From contig OY760175.1 in NCBI GenBank assembly GCA_963663165.1, positions 3,744,001 through 3,808,000 on the forward strand: a stretch of 64,000 nt of DNA, in the 5' to 3' direction. The notes under the pieces are model-generated. The model was given only the letters and a program-made list of their open reading frames with translations. It had not been told where the DNA came from and made no database searches. Position numbers and translations under genes: made by a program. Of this stretch, positions 38,828-49,087 are shown piece by piece (the first letter of the stretch is position 1; every line of letters begins with the position of its first letter). Source of the DNA: an uncultured Desulfospira sp. (lineage in GTDB: Bacteria > Desulfobacterota > Desulfobacteria > Desulfobacterales > Desulfobacteraceae).

Positions 38828-40641
38828 ATGACACCTGAGATGATTATAACCATGCTGGTCCTCGTTTTTGTTATCTGCCTGTTTATTTTTGAATGGGTCC
38901 GGGTAGACGTGGTCGGCATTATGATGATGGTCCTGCTCCCCCTGATCGGAGTTATCAGCCCCAAAGAGGCCTTTGTGGGCTTAAGCAGTAACGCGGTATG
39001 CTCCATTATTGCCGTTATTATTATTGGCGCCGGATTAGACAAGACCGGTGTGATGAACAAAGTGGCCAAACCCATCCTGGCCCTGGCCGGAAAAAGCGAA
39101 AAGAAAATCATGGTACTGGTGGCCGGCACCGTCGGGGTGATTTCCAGCATGATGCAGAACATTGGCGCAGCCGCCCTGTTCCTGCCAGCCACCCAGCGGA
39201 TATCCAAGCGGATCGGCATCCCCACCTCCCGGATTCTGATGCCCATGGGATTTTGCGCCATTATCGGCGGCACCCTGACCCTGGTCGGGGCAAGCCCCAC
39301 CATCCTGCTCAATGACCTTATGGTCCTGGGCGGCGAAAAACTCGAACCCTTTGGGCTGTTTACCCAGACCCCCATCGGGATCTGCCTGATCCTGACCGCC
39401 TTGATTTATTTTGTGGTTTTCGGCCGGTTTGTCCTCCCCTCAAGCTCGGGAGACCAGGGCAAAGGCGCCACGGAAGTCCTGATTAAAGAGTACCAGGGGG
39501 TCAACAGCATTGTGGAAATGCATATCCCCAAAGAAAACAGCACCACAGGTATTCTTGACGATCTGAACATCCGGCCCCGGTTCCTGGTCACCGTTATCGC
39601 CATCAGTTCCCCCACCGAACGGACCACCTCCCATGTCCCCCACAGCTATGAAAAAATCCGCCCCGGGGATGACATTGCCGTGGTGGGCAGAAAAGAACAC
39701 ATCGAACAGCTGGCAAAGGATTACGGCTGGCAGGTCAAAGACAGCCTTGAGACCTTTGCCGAAAGCCTGGCCAACACCAACGCGGGAATGGCGGAAACCG
39801 TTGTCTCCCCCCGCTCGGAACTGATCGGCAAGACCTTAAACGAAGTGGATTTCAAAGAGCTGTTCGGGTTAAACCCCCTGGTGCTGTTCAAGAACAACCG
39901 AAAGTACTACAGCGGCCTGACCAATATCCGTCTGGATATGGGGGACACCCTGTTGCTCCAGGGGCCCTGGGAAAAATTTCACATATTAAAGAACCGGCCC
40001 CAGCCCAGGGCGCTGATCTTTGCCTCCCCGCTGGAAGGCGAAATTTTAAGGCCCAAGAAAGCGGCCCTGGCGCTGGTCTGGCTGGCCATTGCCCTGCTTC
40101 AGATTATCGTATTCAAGGTTCAGTTGTCTGTGGCCCTGATGTCCGGGGCACTTGGCATGATCATTACCGGGGTTCTCACCATTGACGAAGCCTACCAGTC
40201 CGTTGACTGGATGACGGTGTTTCTGCTGGCCGGGCTGATACCATTGGGCATTGCCTTTGAGAAAACCGGAACCGCTGCCTTTATTGCCAAAACGGTTCTG
40301 GGACTGATCGGCACGCCCTCGCCCATTATGCTTTTGGCCGTAATCGGCATCATGACATCCTTTTTTACCCTTGTCATTTCCAATGTCGGGGCAACCGTCC
40401 TGCTGGTGCCGTTGTGCATGAACATGGCGGTCATGGCCGGGGGGGATCCGAGAATGGCGGCCCTTGTGGTGGGGCTGTCCGCATCCAACACCTTGTTTTG
40501 CCCACCCACCAGGTCAATGCCCTGATCATGAGGCCTGGCGGATACCGGACCGTGGACTATGCCAGGGCAGGGGCCGTCATGACGGTTCTGTTCCTTACGG
40601 TGGAATTGACGGTGATCTACTTTTTCTACGGAATAGGATAA
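38828..40641 (+). CDS. SLC13/DASS anion permease with two TrkA-C domains (frameshifted near 40493)
   Basis: RVDVV, MQNIGAAALFLP, GGTLTLVG; C-terminus VLPTHQVNALIM.PGGY..DY in a different frame. Confidence 0.85.
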
Positions 40642-40724
40642 GGTAAATAGTCTAAACCCCTTCAGCCTAATCCCCTAAATTCCTTAACTTGCATGATACC
40701 GGTAAAGACTGTAAAGTATTTTCA

Positions 40725-42170
40725 ATGAAACTCAAACTCAGACAAAAAATATTCCTTCATTTTTTGATTTTTATGGCAGTGAACGGCGCCATATGGCTTT
40801 TCAACTATTACAGCAACTCCCAGATCAACCAGAAACTGATCATCATTGAAAAAAAGAAAGACCTGTTAGACACCATCCTTGAAGCCCGGCGGTACGAAAA
40901 AAACTTTTTTTTAAGAAAAGACACCAAAGACCTGGCCCAGGCCCTGGTGTATATTGATAAAACCGCTCAAAAACAACAGGCCATTGAAAGTAATTTTGCT
41001 GAGCTGCTCCTGGACCTGCCCTCTTTGACCCAGCGGACCCGGCTCATTGAAGAATACCGGAAAAACACCCAGATGCTTTACGATCTGTGCAGTGTTGATG
41101 CCGGCAGTTTTTCAGGGGAGGAAAAAATCAGCGAAATCCGGGAGGTGGTCACCCGGATCGGCCGCCAGCTGACCACGGATATCGAACAGGTGGAAAAAAA
41201 GGAAAAAGAGCAGGTCTACTATCTGCTCAATATTTCCCGAAAATACCTGGTGATCTCCCTTGTCTCCCTGGTTCTGCTCACGCTGCTCACCGTATTCTTC
41301 CTGGTCAGAAACGTGAACCGGCCTCTTAAAAGCATTGAAGAGGGGATCCAGCGCATTGCCGACGGGGAGTTTGACCAGATCCCCAAACTGATGACCGGAG
41401 ACGAATTCGAGTCCCTTTCCGACAGCCTCAACCACATGATCCAGGAGCTGGATAAAAGACGGGACCAGCTGGTCCAGGCGGAAAAGATGTCATCCCTCGG
41501 GACCCTGACCTCGGGGGTGGCCCATGAGCTGAACAACCCGTTAAATAATATTTCCACCTCCATCCAGATCATCAAAGAAGAAATCCATGATCCGGATATT
41601 GAGTTTAAAGTCAATTTGCTTTCCGATGTGGAAGAGCAGGTGGACCGGGCAAGGGATATTATCCGGGCCCTGCTCGAATTTTCCAGGCAAAGTGAATTTT
41701 CAACGGAACCGGTGTTGTTTAAAAACCTGGTGGGCAGCACCATGCACCTGATCTCAAGTGAAATTCCGCCGGATATAGACGTGGTCATTGATGTGCCAAA
41801 GGACCTGGAAGGGAACATGGATCCCCGGCGGGTCCAGCAGGTCCTTTTAAACCTGATCATCAACGCCGTCTATGCCATGGAACAAGGCGGCACCCTGACC
41901 ATTTCCGCCCATAAAGAAGAGACGGGTGCCTTTGTCCTTTCGGTGGCAGACACGGGCCAGGGAATCCCCAAAGACCACCTGGCCAAAATATTTGATCCGT
42001 TTTTCACCACCCGGGATGTGGGCAAGGGGTCGGGCTTAGGACTTTCCATCATTCATGGTATTATTGAACAGCATGGTGGCATCATCGACGTTGAAAGCAA
42101 CGAGGGAAAGGGAACCGTCTTTACCATTCACCTTCCCCCTGCCGGCCACAGGGAGCAGCCGGATTGTTAA
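40725..42170 (+). CDS. Membrane sensor histidine kinase (HAMP, NtrB-like)
   Basis: 2 [37 protein letters not shown]. Confidence 0.93.
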   Translation: MKLKLRQKIFLHFLIFMAVNGAIWLFNYYSNSQINQKLIIIEKKKDLLDTILEARRYEKNFFLRKDTKDLAQALVYIDKTAQKQQAIESNFAELLLDLPSLTQRTRLIEEYRKNTQMLYDLCSVDAGSFSGEEKISEIREVVTRIGRQLTTDIEQVEKKEKEQVYYLLNISRKYLVISLVSLVLLTLLTVFFLVRNVNRPLKSIEEGIQRIADGEFDQIPKLMTGDEFESLSDSLNHMIQELDKRRDQLVQAEKMSSLGTLTSGVAHELNNPLNNISTSIQIIKEEIHDPDIEFKVNLLSDVEEQVDRARDIIRALLEFSRQSEFSTEPVLFKNLVGSTMHLISSEIPPDIDVVIDVPKDLEGNMDPRRVQQVLLNLIINAVYAMEQGGTLTISAHKEETGAFVLSVADTGQGIPKDHLAKIFDPFFTTRDVGKGSGLGLSIIHGIIEQHGGIIDVESNEGKGTVFTIHLPPAGHREQPDC

Positions 42171-42223
42171 AAGTGCCCCAAAACAAACCAATAAAAACAA
42201 TGAAGCCTGTGGAATGGGCCCGT

Positions 42224-42251
42224 TTCATCCTTCAGCCTTCAGCCTTCAGCC
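42224..42251. repeat. TTCAGCC heptamer array
   Basis: ttcatcc ttcagcc ttcagcc ttcagcc; related arrays at 12921-78, 40650-88, 43619-50. Confidence 0.75.
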
Positions 42252-42260
42252 TTACCTAAC

Positions 42261-43613
42261 ATGGCTTACCACATTCTGATCATAGAAGATGAAAAAATAG
42301 CACGGACCAACCTTGAGCATATCTTTGTCAAAGAAGGGTACCGGGTCACGGCCACAGAAAGCGGGGTCAAGGGGCTGAACCTGATCAAATCCAAAAGTTT
42401 TGACCTGATCATCACGGATTTTAAAATGAAGCAGGTGGACGGCATGCAGATTTTAGAGCAGAGCCGCCAGCTTCAGCCATACACCGAAGTCATCATGATC
42501 ACGGGATATGCCACGGTGGACAATGCCGTAAAGGCCATGAAAGAAGGGGCCTATCATTACATCGCCAAGCCCTATAAAATTGACGAGGTCCGGCAGACCG
42601 CAAAGGAAGCCCTGCTCAAGCGCTCTTTACAGCTTGAAAACATTGAACTGAAAAACGCCATGAGAAAGGAAGGCCTGTTTCCCCGCATCATCGGCAACAG
42701 CCCGGCCATGGAAGAGGTCAAAAAGACCATCCGGCAGGTGGCAACAACAGATATCAGCGTCCTGATCCTTGGGGAAAGCGGAACCGGGAAAGAGCTGGTG
42801 GCCAAGGCCATTCACAACTTAAGCCACCGACACAAAAATGAAATAGTGGCCTTTAACTGCGGGTCATTTTCAGAAGACCTCATGGCCAATGAACTGTTCG
42901 GCCATGAAAAAGAAGCCTTTACCGGGGCGGCCAGGGCCAAAAAAGGGCTGTTTGAAACTGCAGACAAGGGAACGGTGTTTTTTGATGAAATCGGAGACAT
43001 GCCCCTTTCCATGCAGGTCAAAGTGCTGAGGGTAATCCAGGAAAAAGAACTTATGCGGGTGGGCGGCACCCATAACATTCCCATAGACCTGCGCTTCCTG
43101 GCCGCCACCCACCGGGATTTAAAGCATGAGGTGGACAAGGGCCGTTTCCGCCAGGACCTGTATTTCAGACTGAATGTGGTCACCATTCAGCTGCCGCCTC
43201 TGACAGAGCGCCATGGGGACATTCCGTTGCTGGCCTACCATTTTTTAGGCAAAAAAAACCGGGAAATGGGAAAAGACATTAAACAGATCGATAAAACCGC
43301 CATGGATTTTCTGGTCCGGTACGGCTGGCCCGGCAATGTCCGGGAACTTGAAAATATCATTGAACGGGCCGTGGCCATGGAAAACGCCGACACCATTTTT
43401 CCTGAAGCCCTGCCCGGCCATATCACCCAGCTGGCCGTTGAAACTTACCGGGAAGCCCCGGACGGCAACATTCCCACCATGAAAGAGCAGGAAAAGAAAT
43501 ATATTTTATGGGTATTGGAAAAAACCAACTGGAACAAAACAAAGGCCGCCGAAATCATGGCCATTGACCGGGTCTCCCTGTGGCGTAAAATTAAGGCTTA
43601 TAAGCTGGAATAG
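42261..43613 (+). CDS. Sigma54-dependent response regulator (NtrC family)
   Basis: REC; GESGTGKE; EAFTGA; FRQDLYFRL; WPGNVREL; Fis HTH. Confidence 0.95.
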   Translation: MAYHILIIEDEKIARTNLEHIFVKEGYRVTATESGVKGLNLIKSKSFDLIITDFKMKQVDGMQILEQSRQLQPYTEVIMITGYATVDNAVKAMKEGAYHYIAKPYKIDEVRQTAKEALLKRSLQLENIELKNAMRKEGLFPRIIGNSPAMEEVKKTIRQVATTDISVLILGESGTGKELVAKAIHNLSHRHKNEIVAFNCGSFSEDLMANELFGHEKEAFTGAARAKKGLFETADKGTVFFDEIGDMPLSMQVKVLRVIQEKELMRVGGTHNIPIDLRFLAATHRDLKHEVDKGRFRQDLYFRLNVVTIQLPPLTERHGDIPLLAYHFLGKKNREMGKDIKQIDKTAMDFLVRYGWPGNVRELENIIERAVAMENADTIFPEALPGHITQLAVETYREAPDGNIPTMKEQEKKYILWVLEKTNWNKTKAAEIMAIDRVSLWRKIKAYKLE

Positions 43614-43708
43614 CTTTTTAGGCTGAAGGTTGATAGACTGAAGACTGAAAGTTGTCCGACCTCAGCCTTTTTAACCCAACCCCCTTGCAGGAGCATCGAC
43701 ACTCTCCC

Positions 43709-45475
43709 ATGGCCTCCATTTTTAGAAAAGCTGCTCCGGTTCATGCGGGCCCTTCAGGAATCAGGATATTTCCCTTTCTTGCCTGGATGAACCGGCTCAA
43801 TGCCGGCAGTCTTAAAGCAGACCTGTTAGCCGGATTGACCGGTGCCTTTATTGTGCTTCCCCAGGGGGTTTCCTTTGCTATGATTGCCGGGCTTCCGGCA
43901 GAATACGGCCTTTATGCCGCCATTGTTCCGCCGATTATGGCCGCCCTGTTCGGCTCATCCAGGCACCTGGTGTCCGGCCCCACCACGGCCATATCCATTA
44001 TTGTCTTTTCCACCTTAAGCCCCCTGGCAGAACCCGGCTCAGCCGACTATATCCGGCTTGCCCTGACCCTGACTTTTATGGCCGGATTTTTCCAGCTGAT
44101 GTTCGGCCTGATCCGGCTGGGCACCCTGATCAATTTTGTTTCCCACTCGGTGGTGGTGGGGTTTACCGCAGGCGCGGCCCTGCTCATTGCCACATCCCAG
44201 CTCAAGCATGCCCTGGGGATCCCCATCCCGGGAGGCACGTCTTTTGTCAGCACCTGGGTGCTGATCTTTAAATCCGCCGCCCATATCAGCCCTTATGAAA
44301 CCGGGATTGCCCTGGTCTCTCTTACCTGTGCCGTGGTGTTCAAAATTTTAAAGCCCCGGTGGCCGGGGCTGCTGTTCGCCCTGGTGGCCGGGAGTCTTGT
44401 CAGCATCGCCATTAACGCACCGGACCATGGGGCAAGGCTTTTGGGAGAACTGCCCGGGCGGCTTCCCCCGGTGTCCTGCCCGGATTTTACCATGGATACC
44501 TTGGGAATGATGGCCCCGGGGGCCTTGGCTGTAGCCTTCTTAGGCCTGATTGAAGCCCTGTCCATTGCCCGGGCCATTACGGTCCAGTCCGGCCAGCATA
44601 TCAACGGCAACCAGGAATTTATCGGCCAGGGCCTGTCCAACATGGCCGGCGCCTTTTTTTCAGGATATGCCGCCTCCGGCTCCTTTACCCGGTCCGGGGT
44701 CAACTACGATGCCGGGGCCGTCACCCCCCTGGCCGCCATCTTTTCAGCCCTGTTCCTGGCCGGAATTATCCTGCTGGTTGCCCCTTTGACGGCCTTTTTG
44801 CCTTTATCCGCAATGGGCGGGGTGATCTTATTTGTTGCCTTTAAGCTCATCGACGTTGCCCACATCAAAGAAATTCTTAAGAGCAGCTGGCCGGACACCC
44901 TGGTGCTGGCCGTTACCTTTGCCGGAACCCTGTTTTTCCCCATTGAATTTGCCATTTACACCGGGGTTTTGCTATCCCTTGCCATATACCTGACCCGGAC
45001 CTCCCATCCCCATGTCACCGTCCTGACCCCTTCCAAAAATGAACTGGTCAATGCCAAAGAAACCCCATCGGCCCAATGCCCCCAGACCACCTTTGTCCAA
45101 ATCAACGGCTCCTTGTTTTTCGGGGCGGCAAGCCATGTGGCCGAAGCCCTGGAAGAGATTGACAAGGAAGATCCGGGCCACCTGATCATCGTGGGGTACG
45201 GCATTAACTTCATAGACATTTCCGGGGCCATGGTCCTGGTTCAGGAGGCCGGCCGGCGGCGCAAAATGGGAAAAACCCTTTTCCTTTGCCGGATCAACCC
45301 GGAGGTAAAAGCGTTTCTTTTACACGGGGATTTCATGAACGAAATCGGGGAAGACCATCTGGTTGACACAGAGCGCCAGGCCATTGAAGCCTTGTTCAGC
45401 CAGCTGGACCCACAGGTCTGCTTCGGCTGCTCAAAAAAAATTTTTAAACAATGCAACTCTTTGGGCTCACCCTGA
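43709..45475 (+). CDS. sulP: SulP-family anion transporter with STAS domain
   Basis: ADLLAGLT, LPQG..FA, YGLYAA, SGPT, NQEFIGQG, GSFTRS; STAS. Confidence 0.93.
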   Translation: MASIFRKAAPVHAGPSGIRIFPFLAWMNRLNAGSLKADLLAGLTGAFIVLPQGVSFAMIAGLPAEYGLYAAIVPPIMAALFGSSRHLVSGPTTAISIIVFSTLSPLAEPGSADYIRLALTLTFMAGFFQLMFGLIRLGTLINFVSHSVVVGFTAGAALLIATSQLKHALGIPIPGGTSFVSTWVLIFKSAAHISPYETGIALVSLTCAVVFKILKPRWPGLLFALVAGSLVSIAINAPDHGARLLGELPGRLPPVSCPDFTMDTLGMMAPGALAVAFLGLIEALSIARAITVQSGQHINGNQEFIGQGLSNMAGAFFSGYAASGSFTRSGVNYDAGAVTPLAAIFSALFLAGIILLVAPLTAFLPLSAMGGVILFVAFKLIDVAHIKEILKSSWPDTLVLAVTFAGTLFFPIEFAIYTGVLLSLAIYLTRTSHPHVTVLTPSKNELVNAKETPSAQCPQTTFVQINGSLFFGAASHVAEALEEIDKEDPGHLIIVGYGINFIDISGAMVLVQEAGRRRKMGKTLFLCRINPEVKAFLLHGDFMNEIGEDHLVDTERQAIEALFSQLDPQVCFGCSKKIFKQCNSLGSP

Positions 45476-45574
45476 TCCGGCCCCGGGATCACTGAACCCG
45501 CCGCGGCCCGGTTAAACCTGCCGGGCTTTATTCTCCCCAAAACGGTATGCCGCTAAAAGCGGATTAATTCTTCC

Positions 45575-45716
45575 TTGACAGTCTCCAAGAATGTGTGTTT
45601 AAACAGCCAAAACAGCGTCAGAAGACGCATTAAGCAAAATAGAACACCAATAACAGCATAAGGCCAAGAAGGTCAGCCGCCGGAAGTCCCGGTGTGCTCA
45701 ATTCTTGGCCTTTTTT
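45575..45716 (+). promoter_or_regulatory. Promoter plus attenuator-like leader (copy 1)
   Basis: TTGACA 45575; GCGTC-AGAA-GACGC hairpin; AAGGCCAAGAA...TTCTTGGCCTTTTTT terminator upstream of first gene. Confidence 0.7.
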
Positions 45717-45788
45717 ATTTTCATGGCACAGCGGCCCCGGTAGCGGCAGTCATGGAACAGGCTCAAAAAAATATAAAAAGGAACCATC

Positions 45789-47276
45789 ATGCTGAATAAA
45801 GAGGAACGAGACCAAAGATGGGCAAACGGGCAGGGGTATAACCGCTATATAACCGGAGAACTCAACTCCTTCCGGAAACAGGCATGGAAACAGATGATAT
45901 GCCGCCATTTTCAAAAGGAACTTTCTTTAGATGTTCTGGATATTGGAACAGGTCCGGGTTTTTTTGCGTGTATCCTGTCTGAAGAGGGGCACCGCGTTAC
46001 CGGGATAGATGCCTCAGAAGGAATGCTTGGCTGTGCTAGAAACAATGCAAAGCTGCTTGGTGTTGGCCCTGAATTTTTAGAAATGGATGTTAACCACCTT
46101 GATTTTCCGGATAATCGTTTCGATGTCCTTGTCACCAGAAATGTCACCTGGACACTGGAGTTCCCGGAAAATGTCTATACGGAGTTCAAACGAATCCTGC
46201 GGCCAAACGGTCTGCTCCTTATATATGATGCAAACTGGCACATGCACTATTTTGATGAAGAGCTGATGAAAAGGGTACGAAAAAGAGAACAGAACCATTT
46301 TGAAAGATATGGTAAAAAAGAAATTGTGTGCAATGATGATACCGATTATTTTGGCTGCCTTCCCTTATCAAATACATTGCGGCCCCAGTGGGATATGAAG
46401 GTTCTGGGACGGCTTGGATTTACCGTGTCTGTAGAGGAAAACGTTGGAAAAGATGTATACGAGGATTGGGAAAAACAGCTATACGGCGAATCTCCTTTGT
46501 TTGAAATCTGCGCTGTCAATAATGAAATGAGCCTGGAGAAAACCAGGATTCAAAACTACTGGCAGACCCGGTCCTCAACATTTGGATTCACCAAGTCGGC
46601 CGAAGAAATAAAAGGATGGCAGGAACGCATCTCAACGTATCTGCCTGAGGGCCGGCTCAAGATATTGGATGCCGGCACCGGCACCGGCTTTCTGGCCATT
46701 GCCACAGCGCTGATGGGTCATGACGTGACAGGGATTGATATGTGTTCCAACATGATTCAAAAAGCCAAAGAAAATGCCGTAAAACATAAAACCGATATCA
46801 CGTTCTTTTGTACAGATGCCGGTGAGATGCCCTTCGAAGATGAGACCTTTGATGTTGTGATTTCACGCAACCTTATCTGGGCATTGATGAACCCGGAAGA
46901 GGTGCTGGTTCAATGGAAACGGATATTAAAGCCAGGTGGACTGTTGATGTATTTTGACGGGAATCATTATACCTATCTCTTTAATGAAGAAGACCGCAAA
47001 GCCCGGGAAAAATATGTTTCCATTACAGGAAACGCCCACCGGGGAGACCCGGGCGGGGTGAATTATGAAGAGATGGACGATGCAGCCCTGGCCCTGCCCC
47101 TTTCAAAGCTTGACCGGCCCCATGAATGGGATGATAAAGTGCTTCCTAAAATGGGGTACAACATTATTGCCAAAGAGGTGGAACGTCCCCAGGAGCTGTT
47201 AAGCCAGGAAATTGCCGAAGGGTATTACACAGTGTTTTTGATTGTTGCTCAAAAGTCCCATAACAACACCAACTAG
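45789..47276 (+). CDS. Tandem two-domain class I SAM-dependent methyltransferase
   Basis: LDIGTGPGF...FDVLVTRN...LRPNG and LDAGTGTGF...FDVVISRN...LKPGG. Confidence 0.88.
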   Translation: MLNKEERDQRWANGQGYNRYITGELNSFRKQAWKQMICRHFQKELSLDVLDIGTGPGFFACILSEEGHRVTGIDASEGMLGCARNNAKLLGVGPEFLEMDVNHLDFPDNRFDVLVTRNVTWTLEFPENVYTEFKRILRPNGLLLIYDANWHMHYFDEELMKRVRKREQNHFERYGKKEIVCNDDTDYFGCLPLSNTLRPQWDMKVLGRLGFTVSVEENVGKDVYEDWEKQLYGESPLFEICAVNNEMSLEKTRIQNYWQTRSSTFGFTKSAEEIKGWQERISTYLPEGRLKILDAGTGTGFLAIATALMGHDVTGIDMCSNMIQKAKENAVKHKTDITFFCTDAGEMPFEDETFDVVISRNLIWALMNPEEVLVQWKRILKPGGLLMYFDGNHYTYLFNEEDRKAREKYVSITGNAHRGDPGGVNYEEMDDAALALPLSKLDRPHEWDDKVLPKMGYNIIAKEVERPQELLSQEIAEGYYTVFLIVAQKSHNNTN

Positions 47277-47286
47277 TGATCGTGGT

Positions 47287-48255
47287 ATGCTGAAATATAT
47301 CCTAAAACGGATACTTTACCTGATCCCGATCATGTTCCTGATCTCTTTTATATCTTTTTTCCTTATATATTTGTCTCCCGGAGACCCGGCTCAAATATTT
47401 CTTTCTCAGAAAGGGGATGTGCCCAGTGCCGAAGCCATCTCAGCGCTGCGCAGCCAATTAGGGCTTGATAAACCGATTACGGAACAATATGTGACCTGGC
47501 TTGTGGATATATGCCACGGTGATTTTGGCAACTCAATATCTACAGGCACGGCTGTTTTAAGCCAGATAAAAAAATATTTCCCAAACACCTTGAAACTGAC
47601 GGCCCTGGCAATGCTGATAACATTGATTGTCTCCATCCCTTTAGGGATTTTATCTGCCATCCGGGAGAACCGGCTCACAGACAACATCATCCGGGTATGC
47701 ACCTTTACCAGCAATTCACTGCCCGGCTTTTTTGCCGCCCTTTTGCTGATTTACCTGCTTGCCGTTAAACTCCGGTGGCTGCCCACCATCAGCTCAGGGT
47801 CCAAGAATGGGATTGTCATTCCGGCATTGACCCTTGCGCTGACCATGTCGGCTGTCTATATACGCCAAATCCGGGCCGTATTAATTAACGAATTGCAGGA
47901 AGACTATATCCGCATGCAACGGGCCCGGGGCATCCATGAAAGGACCATCCTTTTCAAAGGTGCCTTAAAAAGCATCCTGCCTTCCATCTTAACCATCGCC
48001 GGTATCAATGTCGGGCAATTGCTGGGCGGGACCGCCATTATTGAGATTGTCTGCACCTATCCGGGTATTGGACGACTTGCGGTGGAGTCTATCACCAACA
48101 GGGACTATCCCATGGTTCAGGGTTACGTCCTTTTGATGGCTTTGATTTATGTATGGGTCAATTTGGCGGTTGATGTGCTGCATGCAATTTCAGACCCCCG
48201 TGTCAGGCATCATATTCTGACCGGGCAAAGCTTCCGGCCGGTTCATGAAAAATAG
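47287..48255 (+). CDS. Peptide/nickel ABC permease (DppB/NikB-like)
   Basis: PGDPA, LGLDKP, GDFGNS, PGIGRL, RDYPMVQG, DPRV. Confidence 0.9.
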   Translation: MLKYILKRILYLIPIMFLISFISFFLIYLSPGDPAQIFLSQKGDVPSAEAISALRSQLGLDKPITEQYVTWLVDICHGDFGNSISTGTAVLSQIKKYFPNTLKLTALAMLITLIVSIPLGILSAIRENRLTDNIIRVCTFTSNSLPGFFAALLLIYLLAVKLRWLPTISSGSKNGIVIPALTLALTMSAVYIRQIRAVLINELQEDYIRMQRARGIHERTILFKGALKSILPSILTIAGINVGQLLGGTAIIEIVCTYPGIGRLAVESITNRDYPMVQGYVLLMALIYVWVNLAVDVLHAISDPRVRHHILTGQSFRPVHEK

Positions 48256-49087
48256 ACCGTACAGCCACAATAGCGCAAAACAACGGTTTTATTTCTGGTC
48301 AGCCGTTGTCATGGGGGTGCTCATTTTTGCCGTCATCGGACCGGCATTAACCGAACATGATCCTTTTTTAGTGGACCTGACACAGGTGAACCAGCCCCCG
48401 AGCCGTGAATATATCATGGGAACCGACTATATTGGCCGGTGTGTTTTCAGCCGTCTGGTCAAGGGCGCTGTCCGCTCCATTTACGCGGCGGTTCTGGTAG
48501 TGGCCATCACCTTTGCCATTGGAACCTTGATCGGGGTCCTGTGTGGATATTTCAGCGGAAAACTGGACGCCCTTTTAATGCGCTTTGTGGATGGTGTTCA
48601 GTCGTTTCCAGAGTTGGTGTTTACCATTGCCGTCGCAGGCATGCTGGGTAACGGCATGGTAAACTGCATCATTGCCATGGCGGCGGTGGGCTGGACAGGG
48701 TACGCAAGGCTTGCCAGAAGCCAGGTCCTTTCCATAAAAAAAAAGACCTTTGTCAGCGCGGCCAGACTGACGGGAATGTCAACAGGAGAAATTTTAATCA
48801 AAACCGTATTGCCCAACTGCTTAAGCCCTATGGTGGTTTATGCGAGCATGCATGTGGGAAGCGCCATTTTAGGATTTGCCGGGCTTTCATACTTAGGCCT
48901 GGGAACTTCGCCGCCGTATCCGGAATGGGGCGCCATGCTTAATGACGGAAGAACCAGACTCCAGATTGCCCCATGGGGTGTGCTTTTTCCAGGCCTTGCG
49001 ATTCTGATTGTTGTAATGATCATGAGCATGTTTGGCGACAGTGTAAATGAAATACTCAACCCTCAGCATAAAGAGACCAAACGATAA
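48245..49087 (+). CDS. Peptide/nickel ABC permease (DppC/NikC-like)
   Basis: GTDYIGRC, LSYLGLG..PP.PEWG. Confidence 0.9.
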   Translation: MKNRPYSHNSAKQRFYFWSAVVMGVLIFAVIGPALTEHDPFLVDLTQVNQPPSREYIMGTDYIGRCVFSRLVKGAVRSIYAAVLVVAITFAIGTLIGVLCGYFSGKLDALLMRFVDGVQSFPELVFTIAVAGMLGNGMVNCIIAMAAVGWTGYARLARSQVLSIKKKTFVSAARLTGMSTGEILIKTVLPNCLSPMVVYASMHVGSAILGFAGLSYLGLGTSPPYPEWGAMLNDGRTRLQIAPWGVLFPGLAILIVVMIMSMFGDSVNEILNPQHKETKR

